This document shows positions 43,095 to 55,157 of a stretch of DNA of 64,000 nucleotides, piece by piece (the stretch's first letter is position 1; the number at the start of each line of letters is the position of its first letter). Origin of the DNA: Naegleria gruberi (Eukaryota); NCBI GenBank assembly GCA_000004985.1, contig GG738906.1; one strand, written 5' to 3'. The translations under genes were made by a program, and so were the position numbers. The notes beneath the pieces were generated by a model, which did no database searches, was not told the origin of the DNA, and was given only the letters and a program-made list of their open reading frames with translations.

Positions 43095-44333
43095 ATGAGT
43101 GAACCAGAAAAGAAGAAATTAAAACCAAACGATAATTCAGCAGTGGCATCATCAATTGTGTCTGCATTATCATCATCAATTGCAGCATCATCAACAAAAG
43201 TAAATACAAGAAATGCCTTGCAAAAAACTGAAGATTTGGAACAAATTAGAAAGACTCTTTTACTTTCACTAGTTCCATCCATGAACGATAAAAGTGACAT
43301 TTATAATACTAAACAAATTATATCACTAGGAGATAAAAATTCTAATATAATTAGAGAAGGTGATTTGGTTGTTTTCTTTATTAATCATGATATTATGAAG
43401 GCCGAAGTAATTAAAAAAGGACATACTTTTGATTGTAGATTTGGATCCTTCTTACATGAAAATATTATTGGTAAACCTTTTGGATCTAAAATTTATAGTC
43501 ATGCAGAAAAACGCCCAACAAGAAGGAAGAAGGAAGATACTACAATGGATAATGCAGATAAGAAGCCATTTGTTTATGTTCTCAAACCAACACCACATTT
43601 GTGGACTCTAGTTTTGAAACATAGAACTCAAATTTTATATCATGCTGATATCAGTTTAATTCTTACACATTTTAAACTTCGTCCAGGAAGTGTAGTTATT
43701 GAGGCAGGAACTGGTAGTGGTTCTCTTTCAACAAGTATTTCTAGAGCTATTATGCCTAATGGACATCTTTTCACTTTTGAATATCACAAGGAAAGATATT
43801 TACATGCCATGAATGAATTTAAGAATAATGGTTTATATAATATTACAATAACTAATGGAGATGTTTGTCAAAATGGATTTACTCCAAACACTACAACAAC
43901 TCCAATCATATTGAGTGATACTTTGAGACCAAAATATGAACCATCTCAAATTCTTGGAGAAGACAAGTCAGGCACAGTGGACGGTGTCTTTTTGGATTTA
44001 CCAAAACCTTGGCTCTGTATTCCAAATGTTTTTAGACTATTAAGAGTTGGTGGTAAATTCTGTGGATTTAGTCCTTGTATTGAACAAATTCAAGAAACTG
44101 CAAATGCTCTTAGACAATTTGATTTTGTAGAAATTAAATGTGTTGAATGCCTAGTCAAGGAATATATGAGTAATAATGTTGAGGTTTCCACAGTTGACCA
44201 TTACTTTAAGAAATCTGATACTACAACTCAACAAACATCAACCACAGAGAAGAGATTATTCAGTGCAGTTCCTGAAATGAAAGGACACACCGGTTATTTG
44301 ATTTTTGCAACAAAATTCCAACTTAAAGAATAA
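43095..44333 (+). CDS. TRM61: tRNA (adenine58-N1)-methyltransferase catalytic subunit TRM61/GCD14
   Basis: The SAM-binding motif is present as VIEAGTGSGSLSTSISRAI (compare TRM61 VLEAGTGSGSFS). The N-terminal domain (GDLVVFFINHDIMKAEVIKKG) and the overall length of 412 aa also fit. Confidence 0.8.
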   Translation: MSEPEKKKLKPNDNSAVASSIVSALSSSIAASSTKVNTRNALQKTEDLEQIRKTLLLSLVPSMNDKSDIYNTKQIISLGDKNSNIIREGDLVVFFINHDIMKAEVIKKGHTFDCRFGSFLHENIIGKPFGSKIYSHAEKRPTRRKKEDTTMDNADKKPFVYVLKPTPHLWTLVLKHRTQILYHADISLILTHFKLRPGSVVIEAGTGSGSLSTSISRAIMPNGHLFTFEYHKERYLHAMNEFKNNGLYNITITNGDVCQNGFTPNTTTTPIILSDTLRPKYEPSQILGEDKSGTVDGVFLDLPKPWLCIPNVFRLLRVGGKFCGFSPCIEQIQETANALRQFDFVEIKCVECLVKEYMSNNVEVSTVDHYFKKSDTTTQQTSTTEKRLFSAVPEMKGHTGYLIFATKFQLKE

Positions 44334-44524
44334 ATCATTCAATCTTTCAAATTTAGATATTTCAATTATTAAAATTCTAATCTAATACAAAAAACATCTA
44401 ATATCATTCATCATTCTTGCACCACCAATTAAAAAAAGAACAAATTTTAGAAAGAGAGGGATTCTAATTAAAAGGAGGAGTAAGAGAACCGAAAATTTTT
44501 CAACGTCTATTCATCAGCAAAAAT

Positions 44525-45713
44525 ATGTCATCTGACAACCTAAAGTCCTCCACTAAAAAAATTGAAAAACTATCACTCCTACGAAACATTAGTGAAAACT
44601 ACGATAATAACATGGGTGCCGATGAAGGTTTAGGTTCAGCTGATGGTTACGTCAGTACTGTAGGATCCATCGATTTATTCAGAACATCACCTGGTATGGC
44701 TGATTTATTCCGTCGGTTATATCAAATTAGAATTGATTGTGGAGAAGTTGTTGATAATAATATGGATAAACAAAAGCAAATTGAAATGCAAGAGTTTCAG
44801 AAAAAACTTAAAAAGCTAGATAAATTTGAAAGACAAAAAGGTAAGTTTAAAATTATTATTATAATAATATATTTATTTATAATATTATTATTGTATAACC
44901 ACTACTCGATCATCATTATACTTTCTTCAAATTATTTCTTGGACAATGTGTATATTTAAAAACAATTTTTATTCATTTTGAATAGTTATGGTCAAACAAG
45001 CAATTGATCAAGCTGAATCTTTGTTACAACAAAAGAAGAAACAAAGTGGTACTGATGCTCGTTTAAATAATGACATTAACAAGGCAATTTCAAAGATGGA
45101 TAAAGAAATGAAAGAATTGGATAAAATTCATCAAGAAGCTCTCAATAAGAAATTATTATGGAAGGAAATTCAAATGCCGGTTGAACTGAGAAAACAAAGA
45201 GAAAGTGATATTAAAAATTTTAGAGATTATATCAAATTTGTAAAAGCAGAACACAAAAAACTATTAACAGGAATGATGGATGACGATGATGATGACATTC
45301 CTAGAAGAGATGTTAAATTTGAATCAATTGATAATTTACAAAAAGCAAAGAATGAAGTTCCAACAGTTGACATCAGTGAAGGTTTAGAACAAATTGAACA
45401 AGCAAAGAGACAACAGGAAGAGAAGATTGATATTTTACTTAATCAAATTCAAAAAATTGGTGGAATTGCTAATTCCATTTCTGATGAATTGGATAAGCAG
45501 GCTCAATTATTAGACAAGATGAGCTCAGATGTAGACAAATATAACAAACAATTAGATGATACTAACAAAAGAATGGTTGAAGCTATTGAAAAGGCAGGAG
45601 GTGCAACTCGTCTCTTAATTATTCTTATTATTTTAATTGTCATAGTTGCCCTTTTAGGTATTGGTTGGTTGTTATTGGAATTATTTGTACCAAATCTTTC
45701 AACTATTATTTAA
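44525..45713 (+). CDS. Q-SNARE (syntaxin-6/8/Tlg1-like) with a C-terminal transmembrane anchor. Two exons, join(44525..44840,44986..45713).
   Basis: The intron is 145 nt (GTAAGT...TTGAATAG). The SNARE motif is ILLNQIQKIGGIANSISDELDKQAQLLDKMSSDVDKYNKQLDDTNKRM, with a Gln at the zero layer. The C-terminal TM helix is LLIILIILIVIVALLGIGWLLLELF. Confidence 0.65.
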
Positions 45714-45820
45714 ATTATTGTAAATTATTAAAACAGTCTCATTAATTTGTGTTTATTTCAATTATATATTATTAAAAGTTGGTTATTGTTAAATAAAAAA
45801 TAAATTTCAATCATAAAAAA

Positions 45821-48776
45821 ATGTTATCCAGAAACGAATCTTCATCGGCAGGAATTAATGCATCATCAGGATTGGAATCTAACAATTTTCAAATGGGTCT
45901 TGAAGCTGAAGCCATGTCTTTCTTGATAACATTAAAGAAAGGAGTACACTCAACAGTTGTTTCGCAACAAATACAAAGTATTGTTAGATTCACTGATCTT
46001 ATTACGGAATACCCTCTTCCTATTATTGCAAATACTGCTCTTTTAAAATTAGCTGATGTTTTTCGGGATTGTAATAATAATTTTGTACGATATTGGATCG
46101 TGAGTGTGTTCGAGGAGGTAAAGGGTGAATTGTTAAAAGTTTTAAACCATGATGAATTAATCAAAAGATTTTCTGCTGTATTAGGTTCAAATGATCCTAT
46201 TGCAAGATCATTGGCTCTTAGAATGTTTGGACATATGGCAGATATTCTCTCCGATAGGACAGATCTTCATCATCATATTGAAAAAAATTTATTAACTTGT
46301 ATTGAAGGATATGAGAGAGAATCATGTATTATTGCTATTGAACAAATATGCTCTACATCAAAGCATTTTGCTTCACAAATTCTCCCTCAACTAGAGACAT
46401 TACTTTCTGACATTAAAACCCCTCCAAATGCCAAGTTGTCATTGATAAGAGTGTTGAGATACATGCATACTGATGTTAACACAGTTAATAGAACTTTTAA
46501 ACTTTGTTCAGAAGTATTGTTGAAAACCTATCCTACAACACCTTTTATACTCGTAATACTTGAAACTGTAACACAGCTTACTCAAAATTCTATATTTATT
46601 GCTAAAGATACTTTCCAATTATTGTTTAATATATTTAAATATGAATCTAGAAAAAAGGTTAAAATCAGCGCAATTAATAATATTACAAATCTTTCAAAAA
46701 CGCTCTCTGACACCTACACATTCGAATTTCCCTTTAAGGTACGTATTACTATCATTTTTATTGAATTCTTACAAATTTTAAAGATTCTTCACGATTCACT
46801 TAATAATTCTCCGTTCGACTCTGTTAAACTGGCAGTATTGAGACTTTTAGCCTCCCTTTCTTACTCTCCTTTCAATGTCAAGAGATGGTTGAAATACTCT
46901 GAAGAGAATAACATTATACATATTGTAGAATTATTGCTATTTTATAGGAACTTACAAATTTCTGATTTGGCTTTTGAAATTCTTATAAATGCGGCAAGAC
47001 ACTCAAATGAATCTGAAGAGGTAATTGAACCATTGTTATCAACTCTTTTAAGAGCATTTTGCTTCTCAGTTACTTATAGAGTATCAAACAATGATAATTT
47101 ATTATATGTTGTAAGTATTTATTCAATATTGATTGAAAAAATTTCAATTATTTAAGAAAAAACTTTGTGAATATATTGTAAGATTTGTAAAATCATTTTC
47201 AAACAAGTCCTCAACCATTACAAAAACTATTATTGGTGATATTGAAAAAATGTGTACCTGTTTAAATTCAAATACTCAACCAGAAAAAATTGAATTTTTC
47301 AAAGCTAGTAGTATTTACTTTTCAAAATGTTTACTTAAATATTCTAAATATTGTCCAAACTCAGTTAAGGATCTACTGAAAACAATTTCTAGTATTGCAA
47401 TGATATCCAATCTACCTGATGATATTGTTGTGAATTTATGTGGAGTTATTTTCCATTCACTCTATATTAATAAGCAAAAAGATTTTAATGTGGACTTTAA
47501 TACAAAGATTATTGATCTATTATTTGAAAAAAAGAGGTATTGGTGTTTATATTTACTCTCTAGGGAAGCTATGATTTATAGCCATCATTCATTATCTGTA
47601 GCTATTTTGAAAAAGATAGAAGACAAGGTTGAATGTGAAACAAACGCCTTCTATCTTAAATCTCTTCGCCTATTGTCAGAATCAGAAAATTCCTTAAATA
47701 CAGAGGATAAATTCCAAAAAGAAATATCAAGCTCTGCATTGGAAAAATGTAAAAATACTCTAGACGAAACTTTAATGTTTTTAAAAGCTAGTGGAGTTAA
47801 TAATTGTGGATTCCAAATATCATGGATAACCCTTAGAAAGAAACTTATTGAAACTATTAATAACTTTATTCACCATATGGCAAATCATAACAAACCTACT
47901 TCTTTGAATGATACAATTTTTCATCATCAAGCACAATTATTCATTGTTCTCAATGACAAATTTAATGACATGATCAATTCGTTTTTCGATATTGATCATA
48001 ATAGTGCAAGATTATTGGGCCTTCAAGCATTAATGTGTAGAGTCTTGGCCAAATCTATTTCAACTATTATGGTTGAGCAACACATTCCACATCCAGTTTT
48101 TTCCAAGATTATTCAATCTAACACTGATTCTAAATTAGACCCTTTATATGTGCAATGTGAACACATCCTGTCCCAAATTGAAAAATATGAACAAAAGAAA
48201 TCCATTAATAGCTACCTAGTAATTCATCAAATTTTGAATGCACTTTTAAGAATAAGTACACCAATACCTCAATTCTTCTTCACCACCACTTCAAATACAG
48301 CTCTCAAACTAGAAATTGAAATTAATAACAATCACAACATCTTTAACAGACCAATAAGTGGAATTCTGGGTCAAGGGTTGGTTGCCAAATTTTCTGGATA
48401 CATCACCCAACATAAACACACAAAAAGAAAGGTTAAGGCTATCCATCTAACAATTGAAAAGAGATTAGTTACTTCTGATCTGAATATTTTCCAACCACTC
48501 CAACAGGAAAATGTACAAAATTTTATTGTTCCAGTTATTGAGCAATCATTCCAAAAGAAATGTATTTGTCATTTCAACACTGAAGGAAGATATCAATTAG
48601 TAATCAAAACTCAAATGATTGATGAAAATGATTGTTATATTTGGTGGTCCAGCAACTTGGCCAACTCTGATTCAACTTCGTATGGAAATGATGAAAGGAA
48701 ACACATTTCAATCCTAGTTGACGTAAAACCATATCAACCAACAGCTAATAGATCTGTGATGGGTAGTGTTTTGTAA
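45821..48776 (+). CDS. INTS7: Integrator complex subunit 7 (INTS7). Two exons, join(45821..47110,47157..48776).
   Basis: ORFs 45821..47155 and 47133..48776 join in frame across a 46-nt GTAAGT...TTTAAG intron. The N-terminus has IVRFTDLITEYPLPIIANTALLKLADVF, SNDPIARSLALRMFG and LIRVLRYMHTD. These match human INTS7 (VVRFPRLFQKYPFPILINSAFLKLADVF, SNDPVARAITLRMLG, LIPILQHMHHD). Confidence 0.8.
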
Positions 48777-48925
48777 TATTTTAATGATATAAATTTTTAT
48801 TCCTTTCAACGATTTACAGAATCCTTAATGTATTGTAATAATGGTTAATTGTAATGAGAAATAATCAACAAGACAACGATGGTAAATGAGTGACGCTAAT
48901 TTCCAATTAATTTTAACCAATTAAA

Positions 48926-49330
48926 TTACTCCAATTTACTGTCTGACTTGACACTACTCTCAATGGCAGAAATATTTGCAATAGTTTCATCCTTTGGTGC
49001 AATTCCAATAATTCTTTCCAAATCCCTGTCTCTTTGGTCTTCTTCATTATACTCCGACATAATTTCCTTAGCTATTGCTTCTCTTTGTTTCTAATCAATA
49101 TGATAATAAATAAATCTGCAATACAAATAATTACATACTCTCTTTTCGGACCAAGTTGAGAAGTTTTGAATAAAGTTCTTAGTTTCCCATCCAACAGCAG
49201 CAAAACATGCTACAGTAAAACCGACCATAGCAGTGGTAGCAGTTTTCCTAAAATATTTTGTATATTATTCAGCATATTAACACCTTTTTACCTACCAAAT
49301 AGCATTAAATACTTTATCAAGCTTTGACAT
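48926..49330 (-). CDS. Small (~110 aa) single-pass membrane protein, probably three exons, identity unknown
   Basis: The minus strand reads ATG MSKLDKVFNAIW, then intron GTAGGT...TTTTAG, then KTATTAMVGFTVACFAAVGWETKNFIQNFSTWSEKR, then intron GTATGT...AG, then EAIAKEIMSEYNEEDQRDRDLERIIGIAPKDETIANISAIESSVKSDSKLE*. The exact acceptor of intron 2 is ambiguous. Confidence 0.3.
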
Positions 49331-49534
49331 TTTTTAATAAAATTAATTACATTTATTAATTTTATTAAAAAACGTTAAATAATTGTGAAAGTAACTTGCT
49401 GTTTTAATGAATAATACTAACCTTTGCATTCATGAAGTTAGTAGAATCAACAATAAACTAAATATTTTCAACAGGTTTAAAATTGAATCAAATAAATTGA
49501 TGATACAATTCCGATAAAACAATCAGAAAAAATA

Positions 49535-51832
49535 ATGAAGAAGGACAATATTCTCAAAAGACACCACAAACAAATTTCCTCCTCCAGCAAGCAAGGAAAA
49601 AAGAAGAAGAGGAAACAAGAAAAGGATGACTCATCGGAAATTGTTGAATTTAACAATAATGAAATTTCCGAATTAAACCATGATGAAATTTATCAAGAGG
49701 AGGAACCATTTCTTGTTGGGCAGGTCCAACATCATGTTGAAGAAACAATCACAGAACAAATCCATAATGAAACAGAGAATGAAGAGGAGGAAGAAGAATC
49801 AGAAAAAGAACAAGAAATAGTAAAATCTAAGGAGAAGTCAAAGAACATATTCCCAAAGCCAAAAACAAATTATAGGATTGATTTGGGAAAAGAATGGAAA
49901 TCAATGAAGAACCCATCAATTCATCCTGAGTTGCTTTCTGTTATTGAAAATGATTTGAAATTTACACACATGTCTCCTGTACAAGAAAATACAATTCCCT
50001 TGTTACTAAATAATAAGGATGTTGTAGTTCAAGCTCTCACTGGTTCAGGAAAAACTCTTGCTTTCATTATTCCAATATTTCAATATATTATCGCAAGGCA
50101 ATTCGAAGGAAAAATACCTAGTATGGAAGAAATGATGCCAAGAAGAAAGAATGTCTATTCAATTGTGTTATTACCAACAAGAGAGTTGGCAAGACAGGTT
50201 TATGATGTTGCTTGTAAATTTGCGCCAAAAACTAATCTCAATGTCAAGTTGTTCATAGGAGGAGAAGAAAGAGAAACTCTGCAACCTGCCACTGGTTTTG
50301 ATTCCTCAGAAAAGTCAGGTTTAAACGCAAGTGAAAATTTATTTCTGGATTGTAATATTGCCATTGGAACTCCAGGTAGAATTTTGGATTATTTAAACTC
50401 TAAACTATTGAAAGTGAGGTGTTTGGAAATTTTAATTATTGATGAAGCTGATATTATTTTAAATATGGGATTTAGACAACAGGTTGACCAAATTTTGTCA
50501 CATCTTCCAAAACAAAGAAGAACAGGTCTATTTAGTGCAACTCAAACAAGCGAATTAGATGACTTGGTTAGATCTGGATTAAGAAATCCAATGAAAGTTG
50601 CCGCAAGTGAACATGCTGAAAATAAGAAAAAGGCAACAGTCCCTTCACAGCTTGCAAACTTTTACATGTATTGCGATTATAGACAAAAACTGAATTATTT
50701 GATACATCTTATTAAGAATGATGATCCTATACCGAGTGGTAATTCTGTAATTGTTTATTTTTTGACATGTGCTGCTGTTGATTTTTTTTCCAAATTGTTA
50801 AAAGAAGTGTTAGGGAAAAACGAAGAAACTATTCAATTATTTTCTCTTCATGGCCAGATGGTACAAAAGAGAAGAAATGCAGAACATCAATCATTCAAGG
50901 AGGCCTGTGAGAATATTGCCAAACAACTCGATCAATCAGTCGTATCAAAGAAAGCAGTCTTGTTTTGTACAGATGTTGCTGCCAGAGGTTTGGATTTCCC
51001 AAATATTGCTACCATTGTACAATTTGATGCTCCTACTAATCCAGATCAATTTGTGCATCGTGTTGGAAGAACAGCTAGAATGGGTAAAGAGGGTCAATCC
51101 TTACTCTTCTTGTCTAAGCCAGAGCATGACTATATTGATTATTTGACATTCAAAAAGATTAGTATGCACGAATTGGAACCAACAGATGAAATGAAAAAGA
51201 CCAATTATGTGAATAAGGATGTTCTCAAAAAGATTATCAAAAGTGATCGAGATGTCTTTGAAAAAGGTGAGGAGGCACTCAAGAGCTTTGTTAGATCTTA
51301 CAAGGAACACCAGTGTTCATATATTTTCAAGTTTGCCAAATTGAGATTTGATCAATTATTAGAAGCCTACTGTATTTTGACAAAGCCAACCATTAGAGAG
51401 ATTAAACAACAAATGGAATCAATCAAATTACCTTTTGAAGATATTGATATTAATTCTATTCCATACAAAGATGCTAGAAGAGAAAAGGCAAGAAAAGAAA
51501 GACTGAAAAAACAAGAAGAGAATGAAAAGATTTGGGAAGAAAAAAGACTTCAAAAAATTGCAGAAAAGAAAGAAGAGAAGAAAAGTTCAGTTAACTATCT
51601 AAAAGACAAAGTTAGAAATCGATCAGATATTTCAACCCATGAAAAGAAACGACTGTATAATCAATTAGAAAATCAACAATTCAATGATGAAGCTCTATTA
51701 CTGAAAAGATTAAAGAGAGGAAAAATTAGTGAAGAAGAATATGAACGTTTATCAGGTGAATCTAAATTGGAAGGAGAAATAATGAAAAAGCTTTCAGAAA
51801 GAAAGAGAAAACAACTTCAAAAGAGAAAATAA
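49535..51832 (+). CDS. Nucleolar DEAD-box RNA helicase, Spb4/DDX55-like (DDX10/Dbp4 not excluded)
   Basis: The ORF is 765 aa. An acidic/K-rich N-terminal extension precedes the helicase core. Motifs: Q-motif ...FTHMSPVQENTIPLLL, motif I ALTGSGKTLAF, Ia LPTRELA, II IIDEAD, III SAT, V-VI LFCTDVAARGLDFP...QFVHRVGRTARMG. The C-terminal extension is K/E-rich. Confidence 0.75.
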   Translation: MKKDNILKRHHKQISSSSKQGKKKKRKQEKDDSSEIVEFNNNEISELNHDEIYQEEEPFLVGQVQHHVEETITEQIHNETENEEEEEESEKEQEIVKSKEKSKNIFPKPKTNYRIDLGKEWKSMKNPSIHPELLSVIENDLKFTHMSPVQENTIPLLLNNKDVVVQALTGSGKTLAFIIPIFQYIIARQFEGKIPSMEEMMPRRKNVYSIVLLPTRELARQVYDVACKFAPKTNLNVKLFIGGEERETLQPATGFDSSEKSGLNASENLFLDCNIAIGTPGRILDYLNSKLLKVRCLEILIIDEADIILNMGFRQQVDQILSHLPKQRRTGLFSATQTSELDDLVRSGLRNPMKVAASEHAENKKKATVPSQLANFYMYCDYRQKLNYLIHLIKNDDPIPSGNSVIVYFLTCAAVDFFSKLLKEVLGKNEETIQLFSLHGQMVQKRRNAEHQSFKEACENIAKQLDQSVVSKKAVLFCTDVAARGLDFPNIATIVQFDAPTNPDQFVHRVGRTARMGKEGQSLLFLSKPEHDYIDYLTFKKISMHELEPTDEMKKTNYVNKDVLKKIIKSDRDVFEKGEEALKSFVRSYKEHQCSYIFKFAKLRFDQLLEAYCILTKPTIREIKQQMESIKLPFEDIDINSIPYKDARREKARKERLKKQEENEKIWEEKRLQKIAEKKEEKKSSVNYLKDKVRNRSDISTHEKKRLYNQLENQQFNDEALLLKRLKRGKISEEEYERLSGESKLEGEIMKKLSERKRKQLQKRK

Positions 51833-51853
51833 ACTTTCTACACGTTCAAAAAA

Positions 51854-54800
51854 ATGTCCCAACAAGGTACAAACAATAACAGCAGAGGAGGTAATTCTGA
51901 TAAATCACAAAAAAGACATGCCGTATCTGATCCGTACTATGTTCCATCAACACCTGAAAGAGTAGGATCATCATACAAAAACGATACTGGTTTATTAATA
52001 TCAAATAACTCTAGGAAAAATAATAGGGAGGAAAATTCTAGGGATTTAATGCCAGCACCTAAAAGTTATAATCACCATAGACAAAACAAATTTCAAACTA
52101 CAACCAAGAATGAAAATTATCACAATTGGGAAGCAAATATTACACCAATTAGAGATTACGACAGAGATGATAGACGAAAAATATCAACTTCAAGAAGATC
52201 CGATTGGGAAAAATCTCCACACAGGGAATCCAACGATTACAGACAATATTCATCATCATCAAATAGATCAAGTAATTCAAGCTTTCGGTCTTCATCTAGC
52301 ACTCACTCAACTGATATTAAAAAAGTAGAATTGGATTGGAGAAATGAAGAAAATGTACCTGAAGAGGATATTATCGATTTAGAAAGACAATGGTACGCAG
52401 AGGATAGTGAAGTTGTAGATTTTTCAGAAGGATCTCTCTACTTGGGTGATGAAAATAAGAATAGAAAAAAGGAGGATGACTATAAAAATAAGAATAGACA
52501 ATTCAAAAACAAGGAAAAGAGAATGTCTGCCCAAAAGTCACAACAAATGAAAGATAATGATGCATGGGAAAGAAATAGATTACTATTAACTGGAAATGCA
52601 AGAACTTTTGATTTTGACAATTTGGATGAATCTAATGAACAAGAACAATCAACTCAAATTATTTACCATGATGTCAAACCTCCATTCCTCGATGGAAATG
52701 TTTCATTTACTAAACAAATAGAGCCAGTTTTACCTGTAAAAGACGTGACGAGCGATATTGCTACAGCTTCAAGAAAAGGAAGTGCCCTTCTAAAAGATAT
52801 GAGATCAAAGAGAGAGAGAATGAGGGCAGTAAAGGACAAATTCAAAAATAAGGGAACACTAGGTAAGATTCTCAATGAAACTACTCAAGAGGATGAAGAT
52901 GACGAAAGATTAATTCACAAAAAACTACAATCCCAAGAAAGTAATACCAGCAAATTACAAAATACTAAGGAAGAATTAAAACAGGCGGCCAAATTGAAAA
53001 GAGAAAAACTTCCGATTTACCATTGCAAAAATGAATTATTACAAATCATTAAGGAACATAACGTGGTAATTATTGTTGGAGAAACAGGTAGTGGTAAAAC
53101 TACCCAACTTACACAATACCTTTACGAATCAGGATTTGCTCAATATGGAAAAATTGGATGCACACAACCAAGACGTGTTGCTGCAATGTCTGTAGCAAAG
53201 AGAGTTGCCGAAGAAATGGGTGTCGATTTGGGAAGTACTGTCGGTTACTCTATTCGTTTTGAAGATGTAACAAGTGACAATACGGTAATCAAGTATATGA
53301 CTGATGGCGTTTTGTTAAGAGAGTCATTGCATGACACTTATTTGGATCAGTATAGTGCTATTATTATGGACGAAGCTCACGAAAGATCTCTGAACACTGA
53401 TGTTTTGTTTGGAATATTGAAAAAAGTGGTGGCTAGAAGAAGAGATTTGAAACTTATTGTTACCTCTGCTACTATGGATTCCAATAAGTTTTCTTCATTT
53501 TTCGGTAATGTTCCAATCTATACTATTCCTGGTAGAACATTCCCTGTTGATACTCTTTACACAAAGACTCCAGTTCAGGATTATGTTGAAGCGGCAGTTA
53601 AACAAGCTATCAATATCCATACTTCAACACCTACAGATGGTGATATTCTAATATTCATGACAGGTCAAGAAGATATTGAAGTAACTTGTTATGCTCTCGA
53701 AGATAGAGTAGCAGAGTTAAAAAAGGATGATGAAAATGTTTCTGAAAAGAGCAAAGTTCCCCCACTACTTGTTCTTCCAATCTATTCAATGTTGCCATCT
53801 GAACTTCAAGCAAAGATTTTCGAAAGAGCGCCATCAGGACAGAGAAAATGCATTGTTGCTACCAATATTGCAGAAACCTCTCTCACTGTTGATGGAATTT
53901 TATATGTTATTGATACAGGCTTTTGTAAATTAAAAGTTTATAATCCAAAAGTAGGTATGGATATGCTTCAGGTTTATCCAGAAAGTCAGGCAGCAGCTGA
54001 TCAAAGAACTGGTAGAGCTGGTAGAACAGGACCAGGTAAATGCTTTAGATTATTTACTGAGCAACAATACAAGACTGAAATGCTGAAAACAACCATACCA
54101 GAAATTCAAAGAACCAATCTTGGTAATGTAGTATTACTTCTCAAGTCTCTAGGAATCAAAAATTTGTTAGAATTTGATTTTATGGACCCACCTCCTCAGG
54201 AAAATATGAAAAATTCAATGTATCAACTTTGGGTTCTTGGAGCCATTGGTAATAATGGAGAACTTACAGAGCTGGGAAAGAAAATGGTAGAATTACCTTT
54301 GGATCCTCCACTCTCAAAAATGTTAATTTACTCGGAAAAACTGGGTTGTACATCGGAAGTTCTTACAATAGTTTCAATGCTCTCGGTTCCTACAGTATTT
54401 TATAGGCCTAAGGACAGAGAGGAGGAGGCTGATGCTGTAAGGGAGAAATTCTTTGTTGCTGAGAGTGATCATCTTACCCTTTTAAATATTTACAATCAGT
54501 GGAAAGTTAATGGATATTCTTCATCTTGGTGCTCGGAGCATTTTATCCATTTTAAAGCAATGAGAAAGGTAAAAGAAGTTAGAATTCAAATGGAAGACAT
54601 AATGAAAAAAAATGGAATTCAAATTATTACCTGTAATAATGAATGGGATGTAGTTAGGAAAGCTATTTGTTCTGGTTACTTCCATCATGCCGCAACTCTC
54701 AAAGGGATTGGAGAGTATGTCAACATGATGACAGGCATGCCTTGCAGTTTGCATCCAACTAGTGCATTATATGGAATGGGGTATACTCCCGATTTTGTTG

Positions 54801-55150
54801 TATATCATGAATTGGTAATGACAACAAAAGAATATATTCTCATTTCTACTGCCGTAGAGGGTAGTTGGTTAGCTGAATTAGCTCCAACCTTCTTCTCCGT
54901 AAAGATTCCTCACCAAACAAGAGAAGCAAAAAGAAAGGAAATCAAACAAAAAATCGAGCAAGAATATTTGGATAGTAATAATTTGGAGACGACCTCAATA
55001 ACTCCAAGTGCCTCAACACAAAGAAGAAAATCTTCCAATATTGTTACGCCTGGTGTTAGTTCAACAAGAAGACCTTCAAGCAATGTTTCCACAACACGAG
55101 ATTCGCTAGAAGAAAGAAGAAAAACAACACCTAGAAGGATTGGTTTATAA
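51854..55150 (+). CDS. DHX38: Pre-mRNA splicing DEAH-box helicase PRP16/DHX38
   Basis: The ORF is 1098 aa. The N-terminus is R/S/D-rich. The helicase core ([85 protein letters not shown]) and the C-terminal OB/HA2 region ([22 protein letters not shown]..., [10 protein letters not shown], ending ...PRRIGL) align block for block with human DHX38. The ATG lies only 21 bp after the upstream gene's stop. Confidence 0.85.
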   Translation: MSQQGTNNNSRGGNSDKSQKRHAVSDPYYVPSTPERVGSSYKNDTGLLISNNSRKNNREENSRDLMPAPKSYNHHRQNKFQTTTKNENYHNWEANITPIRDYDRDDRRKISTSRRSDWEKSPHRESNDYRQYSSSSNRSSNSSFRSSSSTHSTDIKKVELDWRNEENVPEEDIIDLERQWYAEDSEVVDFSEGSLYLGDENKNRKKEDDYKNKNRQFKNKEKRMSAQKSQQMKDNDAWERNRLLLTGNARTFDFDNLDESNEQEQSTQIIYHDVKPPFLDGNVSFTKQIEPVLPVKDVTSDIATASRKGSALLKDMRSKRERMRAVKDKFKNKGTLGKILNETTQEDEDDERLIHKKLQSQESNTSKLQNTKEELKQAAKLKREKLPIYHCKNELLQIIKEHNVVIIVGETGSGKTTQLTQYLYESGFAQYGKIGCTQPRRVAAMSVAKRVAEEMGVDLGSTVGYSIRFEDVTSDNTVIKYMTDGVLLRESLHDTYLDQYSAIIMDEAHERSLNTDVLFGILKKVVARRRDLKLIVTSATMDSNKFSSFFGNVPIYTIPGRTFPVDTLYTKTPVQDYVEAAVKQAINIHTSTPTDGDILIFMTGQEDIEVTCYALEDRVAELKKDDENVSEKSKVPPLLVLPIYSMLPSELQAKIFERAPSGQRKCIVATNIAETSLTVDGILYVIDTGFCKLKVYNPKVGMDMLQVYPESQAAADQRTGRAGRTGPGKCFRLFTEQQYKTEMLKTTIPEIQRTNLGNVVLLLKSLGIKNLLEFDFMDPPPQENMKNSMYQLWVLGAIGNNGELTELGKKMVELPLDPPLSKMLIYSEKLGCTSEVLTIVSMLSVPTVFYRPKDREEEADAVREKFFVAESDHLTLLNIYNQWKVNGYSSSWCSEHFIHFKAMRKVKEVRIQMEDIMKKNGIQIITCNNEWDVVRKAICSGYFHHAATLKGIGEYVNMMTGMPCSLHPTSALYGMGYTPDFVVYHELVMTTKEYILISTAVEGSWLAELAPTFFSVKIPHQTREAKRKEIKQKIEQEYLDSNNLETTSITPSASTQRRKSSNIVTPGVSSTRRPSSNVSTTRDSLEERRKTTPRRIGL

Positions 55151-55157
55151 AGAAAAT

